64,000 nt of DNA from Botryllus schlosseri (Eukaryota): the NCBI GenBank assembly GCA_051294905.1, contig CM119378.1, positions 14,260,001 through 14,324,000 of the forward strand, in the 5' to 3' direction. How positions within the stretch are numbered: position 1 is the stretch's first letter; each line of letters starts with the position of its first letter. The translations under genes were made by a program, and so were the position numbers. The notes under the pieces were generated by a model. That model ran no database searches. It saw nothing but the letters and a program-made list of their open reading frames with translations, and had not been told where the DNA came from. Of this stretch, positions 34,894-48,900 are shown one piece after another.

Positions 34894-37800
34894 ATGTAGA
34901 TTTAACAAGCTGCAAAATAGCAAGAAACACTTGTGATATACTCCACGCTGCCTTGAAAGCTGTTACTCTGGAACCAATCTCATCTTATGTACCCAGTACG
35001 GCACATAACGGCGTAACAGCATCTATTGGTGTGATCGCATTTCCTTAATGCTACTATCTGACCTGTTTCACCGGTCAGGCGGTCACTAAAGAGGGCATCA
35101 TTCGATAGGAATTCCGTGAGCAGCACACCGGCCACTTCTCCTAACTTAACTCTCCAGAGAAAGCATAATTCAATATTCGCTATCGCAAACATAAAATACT
35201 TGAGAACCGTGTCATTTCGCAATGTAGCAAATCCGATGGGCGACGCTATCTTTTCCAAGCGACCCTACCGTAACGGCATGCGCACGCCCAACAAACTCTA
35301 TTTCCTTGTTATTGATAGACCATTTTTTCGATATTCACGAAAAATATGATGTAATCCAACAAATTCAAGGTTGCGCAAACAATAACCTTATTCATAGCGA
35401 ACCGGCGTAAACCGGATTAAATTCAGTCGCTATTTTAGATTGTGACATCGGATCTACGCCAACAGCCCGGCCGGACTAAGAGCCGTTACTTCCCGCGGCC
35501 AAATAGAAAACACCGTATCGGATAGATTTATGAATAAATGCCCACCAGCGCCCAGTTTACAGACGCAAATACGATGTTTTGTAAATAAATACATAGTTAA
35601 CACATCTCCAAACGCAGTTTCTAAACACAGTTACAAGGTTGACTACATGGAATCGTGGACGCAGTTACACATACGCCGAAGGACAAGCTAATCTCGTTAA
35701 TTCTGCGAACAGCAACAACTACCCAATAAAGTTACGCAGTTAAATTTCCCCGGTCAAATGCACTATCACTAAACAGTGCATTTTGCTAGACAGACTACAA
35801 GAAATCATGGAAGCGCAGTTACACATATACCAAACGACAGCCTATCAGCTAATCCCGATATTATCAATTCTGCAGCTGGATAAGTTGTGTACTATCACTA
35901 ATCAGAGCACCTACCTACAGCGCCCTAAGCGCGAGAGTGATCTGCCGTATTGAACCAATCCAAACAATATATACCCGGATAAACACCGACTTCAATATAT
36001 GCCATCGCCATCGCGGATTATTGTATTTACATTGTTGTGCCGGAAACGTATCGCCAATGACCCGCGTAATAAGCGAGCGCTACAATCCTGCAACGCGATT
36101 TGAACAGAATTCACATGGCACCAGCGAGTTCATACATCTCGAAAAGCTCGCGGGGTATGGATGTCTAGTCTAGCGTATGTTTTCCCTGCCAAAGTAAGTT
36201 GGAAATCGGCAATAAGCGTCAGTACAACCGGTGTCACAGCTTCCACTAACGTATCTCGGTGTAATTAAGGGATAATTATAATTATCACAGTTTCAAATTC
36301 ATGATCTCCGTACCAAAATGCGGAAAAATACAGATGCACAAAAGCACAGCAGAGCATTCATCACGATGTAGAGTCAAAATCGCCAGCTACGATACTACGC
36401 AGTACAGAGTGACACCAGCTCATCATATAAAGAAATTCCGACAGCTGCATTAATCCGATGCATCGACGGAGCCTTAGTATTCCCCTTTATAACATACCGA
36501 TGGACAAAGAAACCGCAGCCTACGCAGCGCCGCTGTCATATCCCCAGGGATCAGCCATTCATTCACAAGAGCGTATAGCGAAATGGGGCTAAACAGCCGG
36601 ATATCCTTCGCAGAAAGTAACCGCGCACAATGGCCGCGTAAATTATACTTGCTGGCAATATCCCGACGGCCTGTCGGGAATTACCGGCGTTCGACCGCAC
36701 ATTAGAAGCATAAAAGAACCAGAAATATAGAAATTCAGCGATGCATCAGAGCAAGATTATACAAATATGGGTTCCAGCCGTTCGCACCGCGGGTAATCAT
36801 ATGTTCCGACCCCACAACACAAATCTAAACATTAAATTCCACGTCGGCCGCGGTCTTACGTCCGACACTGTCAATGACGTAGCGAATCCATCTTCGACTA
36901 AGAAGTTTACGAGAAAAATCCACTAACTTCACGTGCGCCTAACTCGAGGAAACGGGATTTTCTACTGAGCCTGGATTACGATCGCTAATAACAGGAACAG
37001 CTTCACATTTCGGTGTTTGCTTACACTGGAAATGCGCTAAATCCAATTGCTTTTCGGTCGGCAGTGACATTAAGTAATATTGCGTTTTCTAGCGCTACTG
37101 TATATCGCTCGGGTCAAGACTGCTTACGTAAAAACCGAGATGACGTAAACTCTGGCATTTACAAGGCCAGTCGGGAGTACGCGCCACAGGTGGCAAGCCC
37201 TTTCACAGTATTGACGAGAATGGACTGTAAGTTCAGAGTAATCTGCAGACTGCAGTGCTGACACACAGGAAGCGTAGCGTTGCATAACCTGCAGAATTAA
37301 TCTACTCTTCATTCAAATACCGTTACGCAACTTTTGATGAGTAGCGCATTAATACCTGCTCTGAGTAAGCCCGTGGAGTATTGAATCAACACTAATGTTA
37401 GCAATATTCTCAAACTCTGGTCCGAATCAGTGTATTTCGTAGCAAAACTTAACCTCGCATTTACGAGAGATAAAATTACTGTCAACAGCCCGCGTAATCT
37501 CGAGGCGACTAAAATCGCGTGGTCGATATCCAACAATAGGTTACGCTACGGCTCAACGCTCTCGCAAGAGAAAAAAAGGATTTCTTACACGCGATCTAGA
37601 ACATGGGTAACGATTTATTTTTAGTTGCAAACTTTGAAGCACAGCAACATTCACAAAATCACGTACGCGCAGCTACAAAACACGACGATTAGCTTGTAAC
37701 AGACGCTGCTAGCATCAAAGCGTATATAGGCTCGGCATTGCTTATTACAGCCCACATCTAAAAGGAACGAGCCGCGCCTTATTCGTAACGAGGCAAATCA

Positions 37801-40800
37801 CCACGCCACACAAAAGCCACGGAGAAATACCAAGAAACTGCATATTGCTTCGAAGCACAAATGGGACGGGGCTATACTAGATATACAAAATTGCACGGTT
37901 AAATACAGCACAAGAGCGTAACCCCAAACCGTAAAGCCTTTACCTATTATCATGCTACTTGCAAATATACGCAGATCGCGACATAGCAGAATTTCTAAAC
38001 ACAGAAACCTCACAGCAATAAGTATTAAGTATAAAGAAAATCTTTACCATAACTGTGCGTCACCCTATAACACAGGCATATGCGGCAATGAACTACACAT
38101 CCCAAGTCCTGCGTATTTATAGCAGCCAAAAAAAAACTACGGTATCGCAGCAACCATACATACGCTTCAATGAAATCAAAACACGTACGTCAACAGACAT
38201 TCGCCAAAACACAAGTCAAACTAATAGTAATATGTACGAAAGATAATCTCGCTTCTACGTACGATTTAACGATATTAACCTGTTTACCATTCGACTGTGC
38301 GCGACACTGTCTGCAAACTTATCCTCCGCTGTTGCATATATACCTCGCTCTCTCAATAATTAGAACGAATTCGGCTCCAGCTACTTTACTGTGTAATTAC
38401 GCGCCGCCATCGTATCGTACAAATGCGCAGAACTAATCCAGGCAAGAGACGAAGACACGTCTTAGTAGCGAGCTATATACCTTCGAGGCAACGTAAACGG
38501 GAGAAAATCAATAAACTTGGCGACAAGACACGACAGAGTGGAGTTGCACGACGGTCGCCACATATTTATAACGCCTTCATCTTGCGGATTGGCGAAGCCA
38601 CTATGATACCTAAGATAGGTATTACGCGTGATATTACGCTTGCAGTTCTTCAATAGGGCGAGTGACCGTACGCTCGGGGTCATGGAGAGTACTTTGACGC
38701 AAGGGGCTGTGAAAGCGTCACGACCGCGTAACGTACGTCCGAGAAATTCTGTAGCCGCGACCCTCGACAATGGTCGCCCATATATGCGCAGTGCGCACCT
38801 TTACAAGGACTTATCGTCCTAACTTGACCGAATTTACGACGACCGTGCTCGTTTCTTGACCTCGATTTGCTATCCGCAAAACCGGTTTAATGTTACGGTT
38901 TGCGCTTCACAGTGTGCGAGACTCGTATATGCTTATAAGCGCGTGCGGATAACTCGGGCGTTTTCGTGTGCCGACAATATCTCGAATTACCGGCATATAT
39001 TGCAGATATAGTAAGTAACGAAGAACAATATGTTTTAGACTAGTTCCACTTTTACAGAACAGTTTTTGAGACCAAACTACATTTTACACGAATTCTGGAA
39101 AATACAAAGTAATTTGGAGTGAAATTGCCATGACAACTGGGCGAAATAGCCCCCTTCCCCCGGATCCATGGGACTTGATATATTATCGAACAATTCACTT
39201 GACTAGTCATTTTGCGTTGATCGCTAATATGAAGTTGCAAATTCAAAAAGTATGCGACTCCTGGACCGAATCTACTCTTTTGGAACTACTTGGGGTGAGT
39301 AATTTGCATACCCTTATAGTTTTCTTCCACTTGAAATAGTTTTGGCATGTATTCTACTTATAATTTATCAGAACACCTCAGGTATATTGCTCCCAATAAA
39401 ACTGACCATTTGACGTTGGGCACCAAACCCCGATTCACTTCAAAGCACATATAGTCAGCCACGGAACAAATAAAAAAGGCCTATGAAGCAAGGGCCGAGA
39501 TACGATGGAAGAAATAGGTACCCAATCGCCAGCTTGTCGGGCGACCGTGACAAAACGCTATGGAATTTAAGTTGCTTACTAGCCAACAATGTGTTGACCC
39601 GTCGGCGTGTACTGTACTGTGTACGTACACGTGTACACCGATATTTCCCCAATTAGCACCAGCTAAATCAATCGTTCGCAGTGACTCATTGCTAATTGCT
39701 ATCAAAATGATTACACAGACCGACCCCCGTACGAATTTTGAAAATGCGACACACGGCGAATTCAAAATGATAGCAACTTTTCATGTTTGAGGATTAGGCT
39801 ATGACATGCATGCCCTTAACATTGTTTGTAGTTTGTACCATACGCACTGGTAGGTTATCCATCATCTGGCATATATATCGCAATTCAGCCCACCAAAGGT
39901 TAAAACCTGGAATGTGTAATCCCGATGATTGATACAAGAATGATGCGATCGCTAATTACAATTGCTGCTTACAAAAATGCGTGGGTTAACGTCAAAATCT
40001 CGTATTCCACAGCATCCAGACCAGATCACATGCGTTGGCTTTTGAGCGTGTCGTAAGCGTGTAGCGCGACTTTAACATTTCCATAAATGGCACTAGCGTT
40101 TGCAACGCGGGCCTATCTTCCCCACAGGCGGCCATAATCGTTTCGTCAGTCGTATTTAAGAGGCAAACGACGCTTCGGGAAACGCGCTGAAAAGCCTCAA
40201 TGTTCGCGCCACCGAATTTTGATTAATCGCCACTTAATCCGGTACAAAGTGCCACACACTGCGAAGCAATTAAGGCCACAGGCTTAAAATTTGAAATCAG
40301 TATCTTTTGAGTCAATCGAGTTGATTAACACGATACTGAAGAATTATACGCACAATCCGTTAGGCTACTTATTCGATACAAACCTCTGTAGGTTATTCGA
40401 GGCAACACATAAACGTCCTATTGACTATTTTCAACTAGCAAACGAGAACCGCACTATGCCGCAATAATGTTCACAATCCAAAAAGAGTGGAATGACGAAA
40501 TTTATAAACCTAAAGCCAAAACGAACTAATACATGAAATCAGCCTGCGTCACCCTGGATACGCCAAACAAGACACGAGCTGAGATAAACATGCTTAGGAT
40601 TAAATGCTGCAATAAACATAGGCGGCGTGATGGGGGCGTAGCAATACAGCACTGAAACCTCCCTACATGCGTAATTGCGTATGAACAATACATTGAACAT
40701 CTCCACCTTCACTGCTACACCACTATTATGACGTCACCACTGAAAATCTTGGTTACGCACTTCGTGCCAGTAGAATGTGTAGTTTGGCGTTGTAATACTA

Positions 40801-41329
40801 GGAAAAAGACGGCAGAAAAACCTGCAGGACGAGGACAGTTTCTCCCACGCTGATCAGGGGAAGCATGCCAAGGTCGTAAACGGATTTATCCGGATTTGCA
40901 CCTCAATAACCGGCCGCATCGAAACTCCCATGGATTACACGAGAATGATCGCTCATCTCAATTACTATAGGGTGGGGATTACAGGCTTTCAAACAGTCGT
41001 GTTTGTTTATTGAATTTCTCGTGTAGGCTGTACTCAAAACCGCGTCTCTTGAATACAAAGTAAGCGGCCTTGAATAAGACCACTTCGGGAGATCAGTATT
41101 AAACCGAATATCGATTTTGTATGGCGATGCAAAACATATCTGGCGTGTATCATATGAACGTGCGTGTATGAAGCGGAAACCGTCTGCATCGATGTTACGG
41201 GATTTTTGGCGAATCCACAAAATAGGCGTAAAGCCACAGGCCAATATTTGTTATGTGATATGTCTACGTCCATCGGGACTCGGGAGGGTTAAAAGAATAC
41301 AGGATTGTCGCAGATTAGATCCGCTAAAG

Positions 41330-43696
41330 CAGTGCTTTTCAACCTGTGTGACGGTTCGCACTTGTGCGAATGAAAAAAATTGCAGTGCGAATGACGAAGG
41401 TGGTGCGAATAGTGCGAATGGAAATCGCGAATAATAATTGTTCATTTTTTTGACCTGGAAAAATTCAAGGGCAGTGTAACTTTTGTTGTTGCGACGCAAT
41501 TGTAAAAACTTGTTTTACTTACGACCCACCACTAATCGTAGCTCTCAAAAGCCATAGTGAATTAATATGTTCGCATTATAATTATTACGTAACGAAAAGT
41601 CTGGTTTGTTAGCTTGTGTAGTGGCAGACATACAGTATATCAGCCAGTCCGAGCCTGCGACAGGCTGAAAAAATGACGTCAAATTGAATTCCTGCTTTCT
41701 TTCGCTAAGCAATCTTTCATAATAACTGTTCGATTAGTGCGAGGCACGAGGATAGTAGTAAATACTAGGAATGGTGTGAACGTGAGGTTCTCGTTCGCGT
41801 TCTATTTGTGAACTTCGGAAATTTAGAGGTTCACGTTCACCAACGAACCTTGATAGGTTCTGCACTGTGAACCTTTTTTCATATATTACAATTTTCACTT
41901 CAATAAAACATCTTTGGTTGAAATTAATTGTATTTCAACTGCGGGCAACTATATGCATGGCGGTGGTAACATACAAAAAATCAACACTAAACGAGCATCC
42001 ACCTTGACAATCCCAAATATTTTACTTGCTTTGTTACAAAAGTTTGCTCGAATATTTAGTGACTCTGTGCTGTGAGCTTGACCCGCAATCACACAACATC
42101 ACAAGCGAAATACTCTACCTGTAGGCAGTCAGCGAATGATGCTTATTCAACCTATCAATGAAGTTGATATCGTTGTCTGATGGACAAAAATATAGCTGGC
42201 GTACTGGGGCAATCTTGATTTCATATATTTATTGTATCATAAAAACCAAATCCATGCGATTGGGTTGTTGGCTACTTCTGTATAACTTGTTATTGGGGTA
42301 ACATCGGTAACAAGTGAAGTAACCCGTTTACACTTTGCTCGATATCAAAGTAGCAATACTCCGCCGAATACATTGTATGTAATATTAGTTGAATTTATTG
42401 CAAAAAATCCTGCGGTCGTTTTTACAAATCTAAGGTCCCGGTGTTGGGTACTGAAGCCAATAAGCGAGACACGCATAAAATATGGCTTCATCATAATACG
42501 ATTTGTCCGACTGGTAAACATGGTCGAAGACCGTTGGGATGAACTAGTATAGGGACTAGGGATGTACAACGAGCAGGTTCAGGTCTATGAGACTCATTCA
42601 TTGCGAGGCCAACCTCTTCTGCGTCGGGGCACATGACGACGTAAAGTTCTGGCCAACAAACCGCTGATATAAATGCGGTGCCAAAACATGAGTGTCGACA
42701 AAACCTTGGCCAAAAATTACCGATGCTGGATGGCCAAACCATTCGATATGGAAATGCTCCGCTGTCGGTACGGAATAGTCCCGTTTTTGCAATCTGAGTA
42801 GAATGCAGTAGTACAACTGCGACACGCGAAGGAATTTAATTCACCCTAATATGAGATTGCGTCCGTCAGACATATTTTGTAGAGCTGTGTTGGATAGAAT
42901 TGTGGTGTGCGCGTTCTGTATGTCATACATGTCCGAAAAATCGTAGCATATACCACTGTAATATTAAAAATGAATTCCTTCTCATGGGTGAGGCTCGGGT
43001 CGCGAGATGTCAAAAAACTCAGATTTTGGTGGTAGTCTAAAAAGCTGCTTTAACGTTATTAAACTGAATTCTCAAGTTAGATTGTGTTAAAGAGCAGAAC
43101 ACACAGAATCGTGAGTCTATTTGCTCTTCCCACATTACTCGCGAGTCGGAAAATGGGAAATCAAAAAAAAGTTGAAGCAGCTTATCATAAGATATCGAGC
43201 TCTAATGTGCCTGCTCTCTTTGGACCTTATTTTCGAAAACACAAGGCAAAAGCCTCAACAAAAAAGTGGGTTTCTCACCGTTTCGACATACTGGAGCCTC
43301 CTAGAACTTTTTGTCAGCTCTCAAAATCGATTTCTTGCAGCAAGCATTTTTCACTCGTGAAAAAATACGTTGTATTTTGGATAGGAGTGCAGAACAGATT
43401 TTAGGACCTGGCCATCCAAGCACTAATAGACGTTCTTGTACAAAACCCAACAACTTGTTTGACCGAGAAGGGTTTTAGTGAAATTGTTGAAATCAAAACT
43501 AGCGAGAATAGAAACCTTTTTAATGAGAAACTTGATAGCTTAAGATACATATAGTATCAAATTTGTTGCAAATCTGAACAACTAATGGGTGTATTTTCAT
43601 CTTCTTTTTGTATAACAATTTTCGGTTAGTTTGTGCGAATGAAATTTATTTTAGAAAAAAAGTGCGAACGAAGCTCAAAAAGGTTGAAAAGCACTG
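41330..43696 (+). mobile_element. Internally deleted hAT-Charlie-like DNA transposon (2367 bp)
   Basis: Perfect 16-bp TIR CAGTGCTTTTCAACCT / AGGTTGAAAAGCACTG. Perfect TSD CGCTAAAG at 41322-41329 and 43697-43704. GTGCGAA subterminal repeats at both ends; transposase C-terminal relic inside. Confidence 0.92.
43260..43560 (+). pseudogene. Degenerate hAT C-terminal dimerisation domain (Charlie/ZBED5-SCAND3 type)
   Basis: KKWVSHRF...FWIGVQNRF*DLAIQALIDVLVQNPTTCLTEKGFSEIVEIKTSENRN matches the recalled pattern FW...YPxLA..AL..L..FPTTYLCExGFSxL..IKTKxRN. Confidence 0.75.
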
Positions 43697-45806
43697 CGCT
43701 AAAGGTTTACAATTTACATTTATGTAGTATCTCACCCACTGATTTCCACAATGCGCGACTTATACTTGCGGCATTTTTACATATTGTAACGAGCGCGATT
43801 AGTGGCGCTTGCACTCGCGCTCGCGTAGCAATAAACTGCAAACTCGAAGCCAGCGTAGCGAAAGACGACACTGTGACGACACAAGCAATACCGGTTTGGT
43901 TGTCATTCGATTACAGATAACCCACAGATAAAGTCTGACACAGCATCAACGAAGTGAAAGTCTATATTTGTGCGTGTCAGGGCTGGATTTACGATGCACC
44001 ACGATTTTCAGATCAGTATGTAATGTTCATGGTCGTTGAACCATAGATTTCCAAGTAGGACAGAGAAGACATACGATGCAAATCATTTGCTACGATCAGG
44101 AAAGGGCATCGGAAAAACAAAATTTAATCCCACGGAGGGCCGTGAGCGATCAGACACACCGCTTTCACACCCCAAAATATAACAAACAGGCTCATAACGG
44201 GCTTACGAAATTGGCCGTAATGAGCGGAACATATCTCATGCGAAGGCGCACCTCGGAAATAGCCTCTATAATTCAGATTTTGAACGTTGCATACAACGAT
44301 ATAGTTTTGTCGGTATATGCCGACATGGAAATCACCAGTTTTACAACCCCCGAGAGAAAACCTATCGTATATCAAGCGCTATTGTATTGCAAGACAAAAT
44401 TTTGCGATCCGAGAGAGATTGTGTCGATTAGAACAAGCAAGATATCGCGTCCGCAACATTTCTCAGGTCGACCCAAATGATCAAATCCTACCCGCAAAAG
44501 CGACTGTTGATGTACACAGCGCAGAGTGAACTTACTGTCGACCCCGGACACAAAAACGCTAACAACAAAGTCGAAAATACGCGAGGACACTGCAATCAAA
44601 CAACCTGATTCCTCGAATACATCGAAATGTGTACAACAGTGCGATCCCAAATAAAATCAAGGCTACCATGGCGACCAGGGGTGGCTAAAGCAGCCATCGT
44701 TAGTACTCAAGATGATGTAGAACTGTAGAAGTAAATTAGTAAATTTCCACTGAAAAGAAGTAGCCATTTCCAAGTAAGCATGAAAGTAAGGATTCTAGGC
44801 CTGGGTTAAAGCGGTTCAAAATCATAACCACTCGAGTAAGTGGTGCAAGTAAGCAACACCTTCTTGTGTACTTCAAAATATTGTAAGTGGACCCGTTACT
44901 AACCACCTCTGGCGACGACATAATAATGAGCATATCCGAATCGTGCAGTGAATATACCGAAAAAACACATAACGAAGGCACGAAAAGTGGCTTTGAAATT
45001 CGGCGCCATAAATCGTGAGAGCCGCATTTCGGCAGCACTCCAAATTTAGGACATCCGGTATAATTCCTTACGCGCTTCGCTACCGAATACGACACGAAAA
45101 GGTAGCAAGATAAACACGACTTAACGCGAGTCAAAACCAATTTCACCACGTTCAAATAACGTCGCGCGATTTCCGACCGAAATAACGGTGTTTATATTTA
45201 GATCGGTTCAGATTGTAATCTAAAACGATACCAAATCGATGGCGAGTCCATCAGCTGACACAACAAAGCGTCTTTTTCTAGCCGGCCGCGCTAAATGGTC
45301 ACAGTCCAGGCCGTCTTAATGCCAGGATTCGCGCACGCCGAATGATCACGACATTCAAGATCATTGCTAAGCGTTGACTTACAGACTGCTTTTCATAGGC
45401 GTCTGTCACGTATTTTTGCAAGCATGCTGTCTGTAATACGACAGACTTTTGATCGGGCTGTAAAATAAGCGATGAGTTTGGAAGTCGCCAGAGTTGGTCA
45501 GTTAGTGCTAAAGTAGATTTTGCTTATTTGCATTAATTACTCAAATGGTTATATATTTAGAAGACTTCCGATTTTACTGGAAAAGTTTTCTGGTAAAAAC
45601 TACTTGTTACACTTTTGATTTTGAAAAATATCAAGTAGTTTTGGGATAAGTTTGCGTCACTTGAAGCTACGTCAAAGTAACCATCACAGCAACTGCCGAA
45701 TACATTTTTGCAATTTACAATTCTAAAATTAGCCATCTACGATTAACTGCTGAAACGAGGCAATTCCTCGATCAAATCTACTCTTCCAGATTACTTGAGT
45801 GCTTTT

Positions 45807-45941
45807 AAGAGGTGGTCAGTAACGGAGTACTTCTATTTGGAAGTAGTATTACTATGTTTTCGTAATCGCTACTCGGGGTCTACGATATCGTAGGCCCAGC
45901 GCTACTTGTACTAGCAACAGCGACTGCATTGACCACCTCTA
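45807..45941. mobile_element. Short AGAGGTGGTCA-family MITE with both ends present
   Basis: AGAGGTGGTCA / TGACCACCTCT inverted ends. No TSD retained. Confidence 0.6.
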
Positions 45942-48900
45942 AAATTCACGCGGTCAAGCACCAGCTTCTGTTATCTTAAAGCAAATTTTTCGCGGTAAAA
46001 ATCATACGCAGAGGGATATGCGCGTTACATGCGCGATAAGATATTGTTTGCGTCACGGCGCACCTGCAGGGCGAAAAGTTATCACTAGCGTTAACGAGTT
46101 GAGCCCTCGCGTATGCGTTGTGACGCGGCCGACAACTCAATCAAATTCCCCCACCTAGCAACACTGCGGTAAATATTGTTGCGGAATGCAAGGCGTCATC
46201 CCAAATGATTATCCCATAATGCACAGCGTAAAGGCGTTTCGCATTTCGACGAGCAAAGCGTGTTCGCGTTTCATAAACAGCAATACGGGGTAGGAAAAAA
46301 TCATAAAATATCGGCCGATATTTAAAACAAACGGAAGACACGTACTTTTTGAGCGATGACGGTGCAAAAGGTCAAGTTGCGCGCATATCCGATGATGAAT
46401 ATGACAAATTGCGATGTGTTTTCGCCTTCCTTAAGACCTTACGTAACACGTAATTCTGGTCGGAAAACTTAATTTTGACGACTTCTGTGGCCGTAACAAT
46501 TTGTTACCACCGAATATCGCCATCAGTATCAGATATGATACTAAACAACGTATACGAAATATCGAACTTTCAGAGCAAGTTCGTCGCCCAGTCATATCGC
46601 ACCTTTCCACAGCACGGTAGCATTATCGCCTATTTCACGGAAATACTATTTACCCACGCCGAGCTCAAAGGGGCCGTCTATCGCTGATGAGCTGTTATCC
46701 ACCGCGTTCGGTCGCCAGAGCAAACCGAGCAGCCGCTAAAGCAAGCAAGAGCGCAACACTAAAAGCCGACACCGCAAACACTGCCAACAAACCAAAGACA
46801 CAATCGAAGATAGCGTGTTTGGCTTCCGAGCTAATAGGACGTGACCTTTGTCGCACTGCGTATGAAGGAGATATCTGAATCTAATTAGTCGGTGGATGAT
46901 TACAAGTGGCTCAGAGATGACTTATCATGACTCGCGATGCAGCCCGTCGGTGCGAGATGGGTTGTCCGTAAACAACATCTGTCGCGGGGGCAGTTTGAAT
47001 CATGCTGACCAGGCCTGACAGCCGCATAGCTTTTCACTGACCAGTTGGTAACCTAAGAATTTTTATCAAATAGCCAGTACAATTTGAAAAAAAAGTCATT
47101 TTAGAACACCCCTAACGTACAATCCGTGACACGGGACTACAGCCTACAGAACCTATATCACGGGGTTCTTCAGACAATTTCACTCGCATGTAAAGTCATC
47201 ACATAACTACTTTCAACTTTTCAAAATGCTAAGTGAAAAAAGTAAGTAGCTTTTCCAAAAAATTGATCAAGTGGTGCAAGTCGGCAACGCAGCGACATGT
47301 GGGTATTACAACATTGAAGACTGATGCATAAGACACCCATTCGTTTATCAACAAGTAAACGATGATAGCATGGATGGAAATTTAAAAACGACGTGACAGC
47401 ATGGAATACATAGCGTCGTATCGAGCACAGATGACGCAAAATTTTTTTCAAGTATTCCATTCCACGTCAACAAATGTAAATATTACTCCAATATTGGTAT
47501 GAAACTAGTCTTCGCCGTGAAGATAACGTCCGTCCAAGTCGCAGGATCGGCAGGTATAGTAAATATAGCCTTAGTGACGTCAAAATGGTGACACAAAAAT
47601 GAGTGAAGCGGAAAGCCTGCAGAATTCAAGGCCGATACGGCGTACCTTCCCACGGTACAATCAATCACATTCCATGTCACGACCTCGACGCATCAACTAC
47701 CCACTACATCACAGTCGCTAGTTAACTGCGCAAAGTGACCACCTATTATCAAGGGCTGACCTATTACCCGATATCGTAACACGGTAACATCGTAAACAGA
47801 CGACGAACCTTCAACCTGTCAGAAATGCAACCCGCACAACGCTACAAGTAGCCGCTTCGCGCTTAACTTTACTTGAACCGCTGCGACTCTGATTAAGAGA
47901 TAATTCGGTTTCAGTACGCAACGCGCAACAGGATTACATACGCCAACACCCATACGCGGGCATCTCAACGACAAAGTGTACACACGGGACATGTTCCGCA
48001 ATTGAAAGCGAAATATCACTAAAAGGTCTCTTCCTGGATAGTTTGTTATCCGTAATCCGACGGCTAAATGTGGCAGAACGATCGTACTTCCGACAAACAA
48101 GATAATTTTGCGCATAGTCCGCTAATGAGTTCGGATTATTGCTACTGAAAGTTCAGTAGTCGTAGCTCTTTGTTAGCAGTAAATAATTTTAGAAAATATA
48201 AACAGAAATTGAAGCCTCCATTTAATTAGACAAGATCGTTCTTGACTGATAAACACTTCAGGCGCCGTAGTGACGTCATAATATGGCTACGAAGTCACTT
48301 CATGACATCATGTTCCAAAACGAAATTTCAAGGACCTTAATCTTGCACAATTTAGATAATAATTTTGGTCTTGGTCGTGATAACACTCGACGTTACAGTC
48401 ACGCCGAAGTATGCGACCAGTGTTTTGGGTGAATGTTTTTCCGAGATACATGTCTATTGTCTAGCCAGAAGTGATATCACGGGAAAATGAACACGAAAGC
48501 ATACTTTCACGCGAAATAAATGATAGATAAAATCGAAAGCTACACTGCCCTTTCACATAGAATCGTGTAGAGTTCCTCTACACTCCTACGCAAACACGGT
48601 CACCTTCAACGTACCCTGCAATTAAAAGCTTAGTCATAGCATATCACGGGTGTCTATTGACTCCATGCCTCAACGCGTTCAATTAAAAATAAGTGTTACA
48701 TTTCGTCAGCTGACGTATAAACTCCACACTTGTGCCGACCGTACGGGTCGCGTTTCTATGAAAGTAAACACGATTACACGCTATAGGGGCGATACGCGAA
48801 TCCAAATAGGCAATACAGGTCCGATCACTGTGCCGCTGACCACGTCAACACGCAAAAGCGTGCGATTTCCCACGATTGCAGAGATCAATGGGCGACTACT

